DNA from: Gemmatimonadota bacterium
GTDB taxonomy: Bacteria; Gemmatimonadota; Gemmatimonadetes; Gemmatimonadales; GWC2-71-9
Reading direction: 5' to 3'
DNA length: 64,000 nucleotides
NCBI GenBank assembly: GCA_039591655.1
Contig: JBDHDE010000005.1
Location: forward strand, 11,021-75,020
The notes beneath the pieces were generated by a model. It worked only from the letters and a program-made list of their open reading frames with translations. It had not been told where the DNA came from and searched no databases. This document shows, piece by piece, positions 49,091 to 60,321 of the stretch. The first letter of the stretch is position 1. Each line of letters begins with the position of its first letter. Both the position numbers and the translations under genes were made by a program.

Positions 49091-50662
49091 CTACTCGCCC
49101 GCCGTGCGCAGACGAATGATCCGCGCGCCCAGGCCGACCTGGAAGACCCGGAGGGATACGATGGTTCCGGGCTCCACCTCGGCCAGCGCCGCTCCCAGCT
49201 CGTCCACGTTCCGCACCCGTTGGCCCTCGACGTGTGTGATGATGTCCAGCACGCCCTGCCGGGCGTTGGCCTCTCGCAGGGGCTTGTCCCGGGCTGGGCC
49301 GTCGGGATCGACCTGCATGATGACGGGGCCCTGGTTCTCCCGCCCGATGCGTGAATCCGAGGTCATCCGTGTGGGGAGCGTCTCCACCTCCAGGCCGAGC
49401 TTCTCCTCGAACGAGGCTGTCTCGCCCTCGTCGTCGCTGTCGGCCCTGGCGACCTGGGGCCGCGCCTCTGTGTCGGCCTCCCCCAGTTCCACGCTGACCT
49501 CCCGGCGGTCGCCGCCCTTCCGCATCACGGTCACGACGATCACGTCGCCGGGCTGCTTGAAGCCGACCATCTGCTGGAGCTGCGCGACGTAGTCGATCTG
49601 CTCGCCGTCCACGGCGACGATCACGTCTCCGGGCTGGAGGCCGGCGCGCTCAGCCGGGCTGGCGTCACCGTTGAAGTCGTTGATCCGGACGCCCCGAATC
49701 TCGTCGAGGCCCACGTACGCTGCGTCATCCACGTCGGCGTTTTGGATGGTGACCCCGAGGGCCGCGCGGGTGACCTTGCCGTGCTCCACCAGCTGATCGG
49801 CCACCATCCTGGCGAGGTTGATGGGAATGGCAAAGCTGTAGCCCGAGTAATAGCCGGTCCGGCTGGCGATGGCGGAGTTCACACCCACGACCTGGCCGTT
49901 GACGTTGACCAGGGGGCCGCCGGAGTTCCCCGGGTTGATGGCAGCGTCCGTCTGGATGAAGTCCTGGATCGACCAACGCTGCGACGGGTCCAGGAGGCCC
50001 GGCAGGCCCCGACCTCGGCCGCTCACGATGCCCGCGGTGACCGTGAAGGAGAAGTCCCTGCCCAGCGGGTTCCCAATGGCCAGCACCCACTCGCCGACCC
50101 TCAGGGCATCGGAGTCGCCGAAGGAGGCGGTCGGCAGGTCGTTGGCGTCGATCTTGATCACCGCCACGTCGGTGTTCGGGTCCCGGCCGACGACCCGCGC
50201 CGAGAACAGGCGGTCGTCGAACAAGCGCACCTCGAAGCGGTCGAACCCCTCGACCACGTGATTGTTGGTGAGGATGTACCCGTTGGGCGCGATTATGAAG
50301 CCGCTGCCGGTCCCGCGGCGCGGCTGATCGGGCGCCTCGAAGTACCGATCGAACGGCGCCGGCACTTCGGGGTGCTCCTGGCGCTCGCCGCGAGCCTCGA
50401 TGAAGACCACGGCCGGGCGCACCGCGTCGGCCACCTGGACGAAGGCGTTGCCCAGGTCCTGGACGGGCTCGGCACCCTCGACCGGCGCCGGCCGGTCCGG
50501 GAAGACGCTGGCGGGGGCGTAGCCCGCCGGCGTCGACGTGAAACTCGATGCCTGCGCCAGCGACCGGCTCGGGAAGTCCACTACCGAGACGAACGCCACG
50601 GCCAGCGCCAGTGCAACCGCCACCAGCGATCCAAACTTGATCCACTCTCGGGTACGTGACAT
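49091..50662 (-). CDS. degP: HtrA/DegP (Do) serine protease with two PDZ domains
   Basis: GSGFII, TNNHVV, D.AVIK, IQTDAAINPGNSGGPL, two PDZ-like domains. Confidence 0.93.
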   Translation of the reverse strand: MSRTREWIKFGSLVAVALALAVAFVSVVDFPSRSLAQASSFTSTPAGYAPASVFPDRPAPVEGAEPVQDLGNAFVQVADAVRPAVVFIEARGERQEHPEVPAPFDRYFEAPDQPRRGTGSGFIIAPNGYILTNNHVVEGFDRFEVRLFDDRLFSARVVGRDPNTDVAVIKIDANDLPTASFGDSDALRVGEWVLAIGNPLGRDFSFTVTAGIVSGRGRGLPGLLDPSQRWSIQDFIQTDAAINPGNSGGPLVNVNGQVVGVNSAIASRTGYYSGYSFAIPINLARMVADQLVEHGKVTRAALGVTIQNADVDDAAYVGLDEIRGVRINDFNGDASPAERAGLQPGDVIVAVDGEQIDYVAQLQQMVGFKQPGDVIVVTVMRKGGDRREVSVELGEADTEARPQVARADSDDEGETASFEEKLGLEVETLPTRMTSDSRIGRENQGPVIMQVDPDGPARDKPLREANARQGVLDIITHVEGQRVRNVDELGAALAEVEPGTIVSLRVFQVGLGARIIRLRTAGE

Positions 50663-50821
50663 CGCTATGACTCACCTACTTGTGAAACGTGAGCTTGTGG
50701 TTGCGTTCCGATTGTCGACCGGCGCAACTGGTTGGGTCGTTCCGGCCGCCGTCCTAAATGTAACCCGGACCGGAGCGGGGGTTTCCCGCCGCCCCGGTCC
50801 GCGTGTGGCCCCCGGCGACGC

Positions 50822-52738
<1,917 letters not shown>

Positions 52739-52793
52739 GGGGATGCTCCTCAGATGCGGGTATAGATGCGTACTTCAGCCAGAAGGTCGCTGG

Positions 52794-52809
52794 TGCAAGG
52801 CGCATACCG
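52794..52809 (-). promoter_or_regulatory. Sigma54 (-24/-12) promoter candidate for dnaK
   Basis: Minus strand CGGTATGCGCCTTGCA = GG-N10-GC with TTGCA at -12; IHF-like ATGCAACAACTTA at 52871-52883. Confidence 0.55.
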
Positions 52810-52997
52810 CCCAAATGCGCCAAACTGGCAGATCACGGTGGCGCGGGTCTCTACTGTCTATTTCCGCATCATGCAACAACTTACGCTGTACGGACCGGCC
52901 GGCCGCCGAGCGTCGTGCGTGGGGCCCCCTCTCCGCCGGTGGCGATGACCCAGGGGCCACGTTAGATACATACTTCCGCGGCCCCAGGTTGCCCTGA

Positions 52998-53783
52998 ATG
53001 TTCCCGTACCGCGACGAGAACCCCACCCTCGCCACCCCGGTCGTCACGATCGCCCTCATCGTGCTGAACGGGCTGGTCTGGCTGCTGGTGCAGGGAGCTG
53101 GCAGCGAGCCGGCCCTGGCGCGCTCCGTGTGCGAGCTGGGGTTGATTCCCGGGGAGGTGCTGGGCCGCCTGCCGGAGGGGACCTCCATCCCCCTGGGTCC
53201 CAACCTGCGGTGCCAGGTGGGTGGCGCCCCGGGCTGGCACACGCTGCTGACCTCCATGTTCCTCCACGGTGGCTGGTTCCACCTCCTCGGGAACATGTGG
53301 TTCCTGTGGATCTTCGGAAACAACGTGGAGGACTCCATGGGACGGGGGCGCTTCGTGGTGTTCTACCTCGCCAGTGGGCTGCTGGCGGCTGCTGCCCAGA
53401 TGGCGGCGCAGCCGGGCTCGGCTATCCCCATGGTGGGAGCGTCGGGCGCCATCAGCGGGGTGATGGGCGCGTACCTCGTGCTCTACCCCCGGGTGCGGGT
53501 ACACATGCTCCTCTTTCTGGGCTTCTTCGTAACGACGTTCACGGTGCCGGCCTACTTCATGTTGATCTACTGGATGCTCCTGCAGGCGCTGGGTACGGCC
53601 GCCACCATGGGAGCGGAGGGGGGCGGCGTCGCTTACATGGCGCACTTGGGGGGGTTCGTGGCGGGGGTGGTCCTCATCAAGCTGTTCGCCAAGGGAGATC
53701 TCGTGGAGGCACACCGGCGCCACGTGCTGCAGCAGCATCGCCGGGTCGTGTTCCGCGATTTCGGCCGGGGCCGGTGGGGCTGA
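52998..53783 (+). CDS. Rhomboid intramembrane serine protease
   Basis: TSMFLHGGW.HL.GNM, GASGA, AHLGGF. Confidence 0.95.
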   Translation: MFPYRDENPTLATPVVTIALIVLNGLVWLLVQGAGSEPALARSVCELGLIPGEVLGRLPEGTSIPLGPNLRCQVGGAPGWHTLLTSMFLHGGWFHLLGNMWFLWIFGNNVEDSMGRGRFVVFYLASGLLAAAAQMAAQPGSAIPMVGASGAISGVMGAYLVLYPRVRVHMLLFLGFFVTTFTVPAYFMLIYWMLLQALGTAATMGAEGGGVAYMAHLGGFVAGVVLIKLFAKGDLVEAHRRHVLQQHRRVVFRDFGRGRWG

Positions 53784-53884
53784 GCGGTCGCCCCGGCCTT
53801 CCAGTGGAGAGCCGCGTTGGCGTCCGCTCCGTGTAAGGGGAGCGCGCCGTAGACCCGAACCTACGCAGAGGTGAGATACCGAAC

Positions 53885-54970
53885 ATGTCTCGAGTGAGTT
53901 GTAGGCTGATCGTTGGCGTCGCCGCCGTCGGGCTGACTGCAGTGGCCGTGGCTCCACCGGCCTGGGCGCAGGTGGAGATCAAATCCAAGGCCATAGAGAT
54001 CACCCTCTCGGGCCGCGTGCACATGCAGTGGAACCAAACGTCGTCCACCAATGCGGCTGTGGCGTCGACGTTCTTCGTACGGCGTGCCCGGCTCACGGCG
54101 GAGGTCAAGATCAACGACTTCATTTCGGGCAAGATCCAGCCGGAATACGGTGAGGGCACGGTGGGCCTGCGGGACGCGTACGTGGATCTGACCTTCGACC
54201 CCGCCTTCCGCATCCGTGCCGGGCAGTTCAAGCGGCCGTTCGACCGGTTCGAGCTGGTGAGCTCCACGCAGATCCTTGTGATCGAGCGCGCCGGCGGGGT
54301 GCGAGGCGTGCCAGACTGCTCCGGGATCAGCAACGTCTGCTCCTTCAGCCGGTTCACCGAGAAGCTCAACTACTCCGACCGTGACCTCGGTGTCGCGATC
54401 GGCGGCAGGGTGAGTCGGCTGATCTGGTCGGCCTCGGTGACCAATGGCGAGGGTCCCAACGACGTTGTGGACGAGAACGGCACCAAGTCGTACTCCGGCC
54501 GCCTGGAGTACCGCTACGGCGGGCTCGTAGTCGGCGCGCACATCGGGGCACACGACTACCCCAACGACAGCACGGGAACCGACGAGTACGCCGTGGCATT
54601 CGGGGGCGACGTGGACTGGGGCGGCTACGAGCAGCCGGGTCCCCACGTGCAGGCGGGGTTCGTGTACGGCGACAACTGGAAGAACCTGACGACGCCCGAC
54701 CCCAGCAAGTTCGCCTCGGCTCAGGGCATCGCTACGTACCTGTTCCCGATCCGGGAGAACCGGTTCATGTACGGGATTGAGCCGGTAGCCCGCGTGAGCT
54801 GGGGCGATCCCGATACGGACGTGAGCGGCGACGATGGCTGGCTGTTCACGCCGGGGCTCGTGCTCCACTTCACGGGCCGCAACAAGTTCGCCATCAACGT
54901 GGACATCTGGTCGCCGGCCGCCGGAGAAACGGAGTACTCGGCCAAGGCGCAGTTGTACCTGCACTTCTAG
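53885..54970 (+). CDS. Outer-membrane porin (OprO/P-like)
   Basis: Signal peptide, F.VRRARL, LRDAYVD, GQFK.PF, RDLG, C-terminal Phe. Confidence 0.82.
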   Translation: MSRVSCRLIVGVAAVGLTAVAVAPPAWAQVEIKSKAIEITLSGRVHMQWNQTSSTNAAVASTFFVRRARLTAEVKINDFISGKIQPEYGEGTVGLRDAYVDLTFDPAFRIRAGQFKRPFDRFELVSSTQILVIERAGGVRGVPDCSGISNVCSFSRFTEKLNYSDRDLGVAIGGRVSRLIWSASVTNGEGPNDVVDENGTKSYSGRLEYRYGGLVVGAHIGAHDYPNDSTGTDEYAVAFGGDVDWGGYEQPGPHVQAGFVYGDNWKNLTTPDPSKFASAQGIATYLFPIRENRFMYGIEPVARVSWGDPDTDVSGDDGWLFTPGLVLHFTGRNKFAINVDIWSPAAGETEYSAKAQLYLHF

Positions 54971-54978
54971 CGAGTACG

Positions 54979-55221
54979 TTGGGGGGACCTATCCGCGTGT
55001 TCGTCAATGAGCAGCCGCTAGAGGTCGCGGCAGGAAGCACCGTGCGCGAAGCCGTCGCGGCGCTCGAGGCGGACCTCGCGGCGGCCCTCGACGAGCCGGG
55101 CAGCTATGTCACCGACGGGGCGGGGCGGCGCATCGACATGGACGCGAGCCTCGTGGCCGGCGCCATCCTGCGGGTCGTCCGGTCGGCCCGCCAACCCGGC
55201 TCCTCCGATGGTGAGAGCTGA
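54979..55221 (+). CDS. Small beta-grasp/ubiquitin-like protein
   Basis: IRVFVNEQPLEVAAGSTVREAV...L.AGAILRVV; no C-terminal GG and no Cys. Confidence 0.6.
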   Translation: MGGPIRVFVNEQPLEVAAGSTVREAVAALEADLAAALDEPGSYVTDGAGRRIDMDASLVAGAILRVVRSARQPGSSDGES

Positions 55222-55230
55222 GGAGGTCGC

Positions 55231-56610
55231 ATGACCGCCCTCTTGATGCTGCACGCCGCCGTCGAGCAGATCGCCCAGACTCAACAGGGCGTAGAGACAC
55301 CGTTCGTGGCGCGGCTCATGGGGCTGGTGGGCATCGCGTCCATGCTGGGCATCGCCTGGTTGCTCTCTACCGACCGGCGGAGGGTGAACTGGCGGCTGGT
55401 GGGTGCGGGGGTGGTGCTGCAGGCGGCCTTCGGGGTCCTGGTCCTCAAGACCGGACTGGGCCGGGTCCTGTTCCGGGGTGCCAACGCAGCGTTCCTCAAG
55501 CTCCTGAGCTTCACCGAGGAAGGCGCGCGGTTCATCTTCGGCAACCTGGTCAAGAACAACGTCCCCGTGGGCACGGTGACCGGCGAGCCGGTGCACTCGG
55601 CGCCTATCGCCCCCGTGGAGCTGTGGGCCAACACCGGCTCCTACTTCGCCTTCACGGTGCTCCCCATCATCATCTTCTTCGCGTCCCTGATGGGGGTGCT
55701 GTACTACCTCGGCATCATGCAGCGGGTGGTGCAGGCCATTGCCTGGGTCATGCAGCGCACGATGCGGACCTCAGGCGCCGAGACGCTATCGGTGGCAGGG
55801 AACATCTTCGTGGGGCCCACCGAGTCACCCCTTATGATCAAGCCGTATGTGAAGGGGATGACCTACTCGGAGCTGGATACCGTGATGGTCGGCGGGTTCG
55901 CCACCATCGCCGGCAGCGTCATGGCCGCATACGTCGCCATGCTCTCCCCCTACTTCAACGACATCGCGGGGCACCTGCTCACCGCCAGCGTGATGAACGC
56001 CCCTGCGGCGCTCTACATCTCCAAGATCCTCGTGCCCGAGACCAGGAAGCCGGAGACGGCCGGCACGCTCGAAGTCTCCCGGGAGAAGGAAGAAGCCAAC
56101 GTGATCGAAGCGGCAGCCGCGGGGGCGGCCCAGGGTCTCAAGCTCGCCTTCAACGTCGGCGCCATGTTGATCGCCTTCGTGTCGCTCATCGCCATGCTCA
56201 ACTACCTGATCATGGCAGGGGGCGGATTCCTGGGGATCGAGGGGCTCAGCATGGAGCGTATTCTCGGGTGGGTGCTCGCCCCCCTCACATGGCTGATGGG
56301 TGTTCCGTGGGCCGACGCCGACGCCGTCGGCTCGCTGGTGGGTGTGAAGGTGGTGCTCACGGAGTTCATCGCCTACCTGCAGCTGGCCGGCTCGATGGCC
56401 CAGGAGACCCTTTCGCCCCGCAGTGCGGTGATCGCGACGTACGCGCTCCTGGGGTTTGCCAACCTGCCCTCCATAGCGATCCTGATCGGTGGCATCGGGG
56501 GGATCGCCCCGGAGCGGCGCGGGGACCTCTCACGGCTGGGGCTCCGGGCTATGGTGGGCGGCAACCTAGCTGCTTTTGCGTCGGCCAGCCTGGCAGGGAT
56601 GCTGGTGTGA
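55231..56610 (+). CDS. nupC: Concentrative nucleoside transporter (CNT/NupC)
   Basis: FAF.VLP.IIFF.SL..VLYYLG, SGAE, NIFVG.TE.P, GFATIAGSV, YAL.GFAN. Confidence 0.94.
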   Translation: MTALLMLHAAVEQIAQTQQGVETPFVARLMGLVGIASMLGIAWLLSTDRRRVNWRLVGAGVVLQAAFGVLVLKTGLGRVLFRGANAAFLKLLSFTEEGARFIFGNLVKNNVPVGTVTGEPVHSAPIAPVELWANTGSYFAFTVLPIIIFFASLMGVLYYLGIMQRVVQAIAWVMQRTMRTSGAETLSVAGNIFVGPTESPLMIKPYVKGMTYSELDTVMVGGFATIAGSVMAAYVAMLSPYFNDIAGHLLTASVMNAPAALYISKILVPETRKPETAGTLEVSREKEEANVIEAAAAGAAQGLKLAFNVGAMLIAFVSLIAMLNYLIMAGGGFLGIEGLSMERILGWVLAPLTWLMGVPWADADAVGSLVGVKVVLTEFIAYLQLAGSMAQETLSPRSAVIATYALLGFANLPSIAILIGGIGGIAPERRGDLSRLGLRAMVGGNLAAFASASLAGMLV

Positions 56611-57455
56611 CGGGGAAGGGGAACGGGGCCACCGAACCGGTGGGCGCTGTGCTCGCTGCCGCGCTCGAGGCCGTGCAGGGGCGAGTCGGGGACTTCCGTC
56701 CCCGGGTGGCCATCGTGCTGGGCAGCGGCCTCGGCGGCATGGCCGAGGCAGTCTCATCCGCGACGAGGATTCCCTACGGCGATGTCCCCGGCTTCCCCGA
56801 GGCGACGGTGGTTGGGCATGCCGGCGAGCTGGTGTTCGGCGAGCTGGAGGGAGTGCCCGTCGCCCTGCAGAGCGGCCGCTTCCACCTGTATGAGGGACAC
56901 ACCGCCGGCACCGTCGTGCTGCCGGTGCGGCTGCTCGCGGAGTTGGGTGTCGAGACGCTGATCGTCACCAACGCCGCCGGCGGCCTGGGACCCACTCTCC
57001 GCCCGCCAGCCCTCATCCTGATAGCGGATCACGTCAACCTCATGTGGCGCAATCCGCTCATCGGGGCGGTGGAGGAAGGTGAGGAGCGCTTCCCCGACAT
57101 GGCCCGTCCTTACGATGCAGAGCTCCGGGTCCTCGCCCAGGAGGCGGCGCGGCAGCGAGGCATCGAGATAGTGGAAGGGGTCTACGCCGGTGTGTTGGGT
57201 CCGAGCTATGAGACCCCGGCGGAGATCAGCATGCTCCAGCGGCTGGGAGTCGACGCCGTGGGGATGTCCACCGTGCCGGAGGTGCTGGTGGCACGGGCCC
57301 GGGGGCTCAGGGTGCTGGGGATCTCCAGCATCACGAACGTCGCCGCAGGGCTGTCGGCCGACGCCGTTTCCCACGACGACGTCCTGGAGGCCGGCCGGCG
57401 TCTGGCTGGAGATCTCGAGGCTCTTATCCGGGGCGTCCTCGCCCGCCTCACGTAA
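56607..57455 (+). CDS. punA: Purine nucleoside phosphorylase, trimeric type
   Basis: IVLGSGLG, GHAG, GRFHLYEG, TNAAGG, GPSYETPAE, DAVGMSTVPE; GTG overlaps the nupC stop. Confidence 0.93.
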   Translation: MTGKGNGATEPVGAVLAAALEAVQGRVGDFRPRVAIVLGSGLGGMAEAVSSATRIPYGDVPGFPEATVVGHAGELVFGELEGVPVALQSGRFHLYEGHTAGTVVLPVRLLAELGVETLIVTNAAGGLGPTLRPPALILIADHVNLMWRNPLIGAVEEGEERFPDMARPYDAELRVLAQEAARQRGIEIVEGVYAGVLGPSYETPAEISMLQRLGVDAVGMSTVPEVLVARARGLRVLGISSITNVAAGLSADAVSHDDVLEAGRRLAGDLEALIRGVLARLT

Positions 57456-57520
57456 GCCCCTTTTTGAAATACACTTAGCTGTACCGCCGCGGCACCCGCC
57501 AGGCCCTGTGCCTGTCGATC

Positions 57521-57549
57521 TGTAACCCTTTGCGCCAACGTTGTGTCTC
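57521..57549 (+). promoter_or_regulatory. ECF-type promoter candidate (autoregulatory)
   Basis: TGTAAC-N16-GTGTCTC directly upstream of the ECF sigma gene. Confidence 0.5.
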
Positions 57550-57590
57550 CTAATCAGCAGCCGGCAACAGCCCACGAGCTCGGGGGTTGG

Positions 57591-58133
57591 GTGGACGACA
57601 CACAACTGGTGGCACGCGTGCGGGCCGGGGATACCCGGGCAGAGCGCGCACTCTACGACCAGCACGTCGACCGGGTGTACCGGCTGGCGTACCGGATGAC
57701 AGGCGACGACGAGCTGGCCCGGGAGTTCACCCAGGACACGTTCGTCCGGGTGTTCGACCGGCTCCACCAGTTCCGGGGCGAGGCGGCCCTGGGCACCTGG
57801 GTCCGGTCGATAGCCACCACTGTGGTGCTCAATGGCCTGCGCAAGGTGAAACGGTTTCGGCAGCGCGAGGTGGCGCTGGAGGCCGCGGGCTCAGTAGGCA
57901 GCAGTCCGGTCCGAGCAGAGCCCGATCTGAAGGAGAAGTTGAGAAGCGCCGTCGACGCGCTGCCGACCAAGTACCGGATGGTGTTCGTGATGCACGACGT
58001 AGAGGGATACACGCACGAGGAGATCAGCCAGCAGCTGGGAATGCAGCTGGGCACGTCCAAGGCCCAGCTGTCCCGGGCCCGCGCCAAGCTGCGGGAGTCG
58101 CTGGCGGAGTTCGCCGGGGAGTGGGCGTCATGA
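57591..58133 (+). CDS. ECF RNA polymerase sigma factor
   Basis: D..LV.R...GD, VYRLAYRM, QDTFVR, W...IA, R.VFV.HDVEG.THEEI...LG...GTSK.QL.RAR; GTG 57591 preferred, 57543 possible. Confidence 0.93.
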   Translation: MDDTQLVARVRAGDTRAERALYDQHVDRVYRLAYRMTGDDELAREFTQDTFVRVFDRLHQFRGEAALGTWVRSIATTVVLNGLRKVKRFRQREVALEAAGSVGSSPVRAEPDLKEKLRSAVDALPTKYRMVFVMHDVEGYTHEEISQQLGMQLGTSKAQLSRARAKLRESLAEFAGEWAS

Positions 58134-58813
58134 CCGAGGAACGGTTCCAAGAATTCCTGCGCGGTGCGGCCCAGGACTACCACCGCCCCCCCGAGACACC
58201 GCGGGAGGAGATGTGGCAGGCGATCCAAGCCGAGCGCAGGGAGCGGGTGGAAGAGCTCGAGCGTCAGGCCTGGCGCTGGCCTCACCGGGTGGCCCGCTCG
58301 CCGTGGGTGCGTTGGGGGGTGGGCATCGCAGCGGCTTTGGTGGTCGGGGTTGCCATCGGACGGTTCTCCGAGCGGGGACAGCCGGTGGAGACCGCTGCCG
58401 CGCCAAGCGGTAGGGCTGCCGTCGAGGCCGGCGCGGCACGGGGTGCGGAGCTGGCTGCGCCGTACCGCTGGGTGGCCACCGAGCATCTGGGGCGGGTCGA
58501 GACCTTCCTCACGGGGTTCCGGGTGGATGCCCGGCAGGGGCAGCCGGTGTCGGACCCGACCGGCTCGGCCCGGCAACTCCTCTCGTCCACGCGTCTGCTG
58601 CTGGACTCGCCGGCGTCCGATGATCCCCGGCTGCGCAATCTGCTGGAGGATATCGAGCTGGTCCTGGCCCAGATCGCCCAGTTCCGGGGCGAGAGTGATG
58701 GCGAGGAGTTGGATTTGATCGACGACAGTATCGAACAGCGAAGCGTCCTGCTCCGGCTGCAGTCGGTGGTGAGCGCCCAGGCGGCTCGGGCAGGTTCTCA
58801 AGGAGTACTCTGA
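58130..58813 (+). CDS. Single-TM putative anti-sigma factor
   Basis: ATGA overlap with the sigma gene; P.E.MW..I N-terminal domain, TM (W.VGIAAALVVGVAIG), helical periplasmic domain. Confidence 0.75.
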   Translation: MTEERFQEFLRGAAQDYHRPPETPREEMWQAIQAERRERVEELERQAWRWPHRVARSPWVRWGVGIAAALVVGVAIGRFSERGQPVETAAAPSGRAAVEAGAARGAELAAPYRWVATEHLGRVETFLTGFRVDARQGQPVSDPTGSARQLLSSTRLLLDSPASDDPRLRNLLEDIELVLAQIAQFRGESDGEELDLIDDSIEQRSVLLRLQSVVSAQAARAGSQGVL

Positions 58814-60291
58814 TGCAGAAGCAGCGATTCGTTCTCGGACTTATGCTCGGCGGGCTCGGCCTGCTGATCCCCGCGCGCAGCGGAGTGTTGGCCCAGGCAC
58901 CGCCTGAGGCGGCTGCGGCCCTGGCCGCCGCCGCACCGGAGACGGTGGAGCCGCTGTTGGCCGCCGTCCCTGCGGCAGAGCCAACTGCCTGGCTCGCGAC
59001 AGACCAGGCTGACTCCCTCTACCGGGAAGCCAGGGCAGCGCTGAACCGGGGCGACTACCGGGTCGCAGCGCGCCTCTTCCGGGATCTGCGGCGGCGCTAT
59101 CCCGACTCGGGGTACGTGCCAGACGCCTACTACTGGGAAGCCTTCGCGTTGTATCGGGACGGCTCCAGTGACAACCTGCGCCGGGCCGTTGAGGTCCTGG
59201 ATGAGCAGGGTGAGAGGTACCCCGATGCCAGGACGCGGCGCGACGCAGAGGAGCTGGCCGTGCGCGTTCAGGGCGCCCTGGCGCGCCGCGGCGATGCGGC
59301 GGCCGCCGAGCTGGTAGTGGGGATCGCGGTCGAGCCTGCCCCCCCGGCGCCTCCCGCCGAGGGGGAGCCCGTGGCACCGGAGGCTCCCGGGGGGATCGCA
59401 GCGCAGGAGGACCAGGACGAGGACATCCGCGCGGCTGCCCTGAATGCACTGCTCCAGATGGATGCGGAACGGGCTCTCCCGATCCTCAAGCAGGTACTGG
59501 CAAGGCGGGACGTGACCTCGGTCGAGCTGCGGCGCAAGGCGGTGTTCCTGGTGGCTCAGCAGTTCGGCGACGAGACGGCTGGGATCCTCCTCGATGCGGC
59601 ACGCAACGACCCGGATGCCGAGGTGCGTGCCAACGCGGTGTTCTGGCTGTCCCAGGTGCCGACCGAGGAGGCGGTTAACGCGCTGGACTCGATCCTCCAG
59701 TTCTCCACCGACCGCGAGATCCAGGAGAAGGCGGTCTTCGCCCTCTCCCAGCATGACAGCGAGGCGGCCGCGCGTGCGCTGCGCAACTACGTGCGGCGCC
59801 GGGACGTGCCGGAGGACCTGAAGCACAATGCCATCTTCTGGCTGGGTCAGAGCTACTCGGAGGAGAACCAAGCGTTCCTGCGGGAGCTGTACGCCACGCT
59901 GGAGAGTCAGGATCTCAAGGAGCGAGTGATCTTCTCCATCTCGCAGAGCCCCAGCGGCGAGAACCAGCGCTGGCTCATGGACCTGGCGCTCGATCCTGGA
60001 GAATCCATCGAGATGCGCAAGAAGGCGCTCTTCTGGGCGGGGCAGAGTGGGCAGGTGCCGGTCGCCGACCTGGCGCAGCTGTATGACAGCATGGAAGACA
60101 TGGAGATGCGTGAGCAACTGATCTTCACGCTGTCGCAGCGGCACGAGCCGCAGGCGGTGGACAAGCTGATGTTCATCGCCCGCAACGACCCGAACCCCGA
60201 GTTCCGGCGCAAGGCGATCTTCTGGCTCGGGCAGTCGGAGGACCCGCGGGTGGCGGAGTTCCTGCTCGAGATCATCAACCAAGAACAATAG
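58813..60291 (+). CDS. Exported TPR + HEAT-repeat protein
   Basis: Signal peptide, BamD-like TPR (YPDS.Y..DA.YW), repeated (R/K)A(V/I)F(W/A)L(S/G)Q units. Confidence 0.88.
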   Translation: MQKQRFVLGLMLGGLGLLIPARSGVLAQAPPEAAAALAAAAPETVEPLLAAVPAAEPTAWLATDQADSLYREARAALNRGDYRVAARLFRDLRRRYPDSGYVPDAYYWEAFALYRDGSSDNLRRAVEVLDEQGERYPDARTRRDAEELAVRVQGALARRGDAAAAELVVGIAVEPAPPAPPAEGEPVAPEAPGGIAAQEDQDEDIRAAALNALLQMDAERALPILKQVLARRDVTSVELRRKAVFLVAQQFGDETAGILLDAARNDPDAEVRANAVFWLSQVPTEEAVNALDSILQFSTDREIQEKAVFALSQHDSEAAARALRNYVRRRDVPEDLKHNAIFWLGQSYSEENQAFLRELYATLESQDLKERVIFSISQSPSGENQRWLMDLALDPGESIEMRKKALFWAGQSGQVPVADLAQLYDSMEDMEMREQLIFTLSQRHEPQAVDKLMFIARNDPNPEFRRKAIFWLGQSEDPRVAEFLLEIINQEQ

Positions 60292-60321
60292 ACGGAACGC
60301 ACAACATTGAGGCACCTGACT

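Noticed and set aside
52739..52997. CIRCE or HAIR operator upstream of dnaK
   Set aside because: Neither TTAGCACTC-N9-GAGTGCTAA nor CTTGAGT-N7-ACTCAAG is present.
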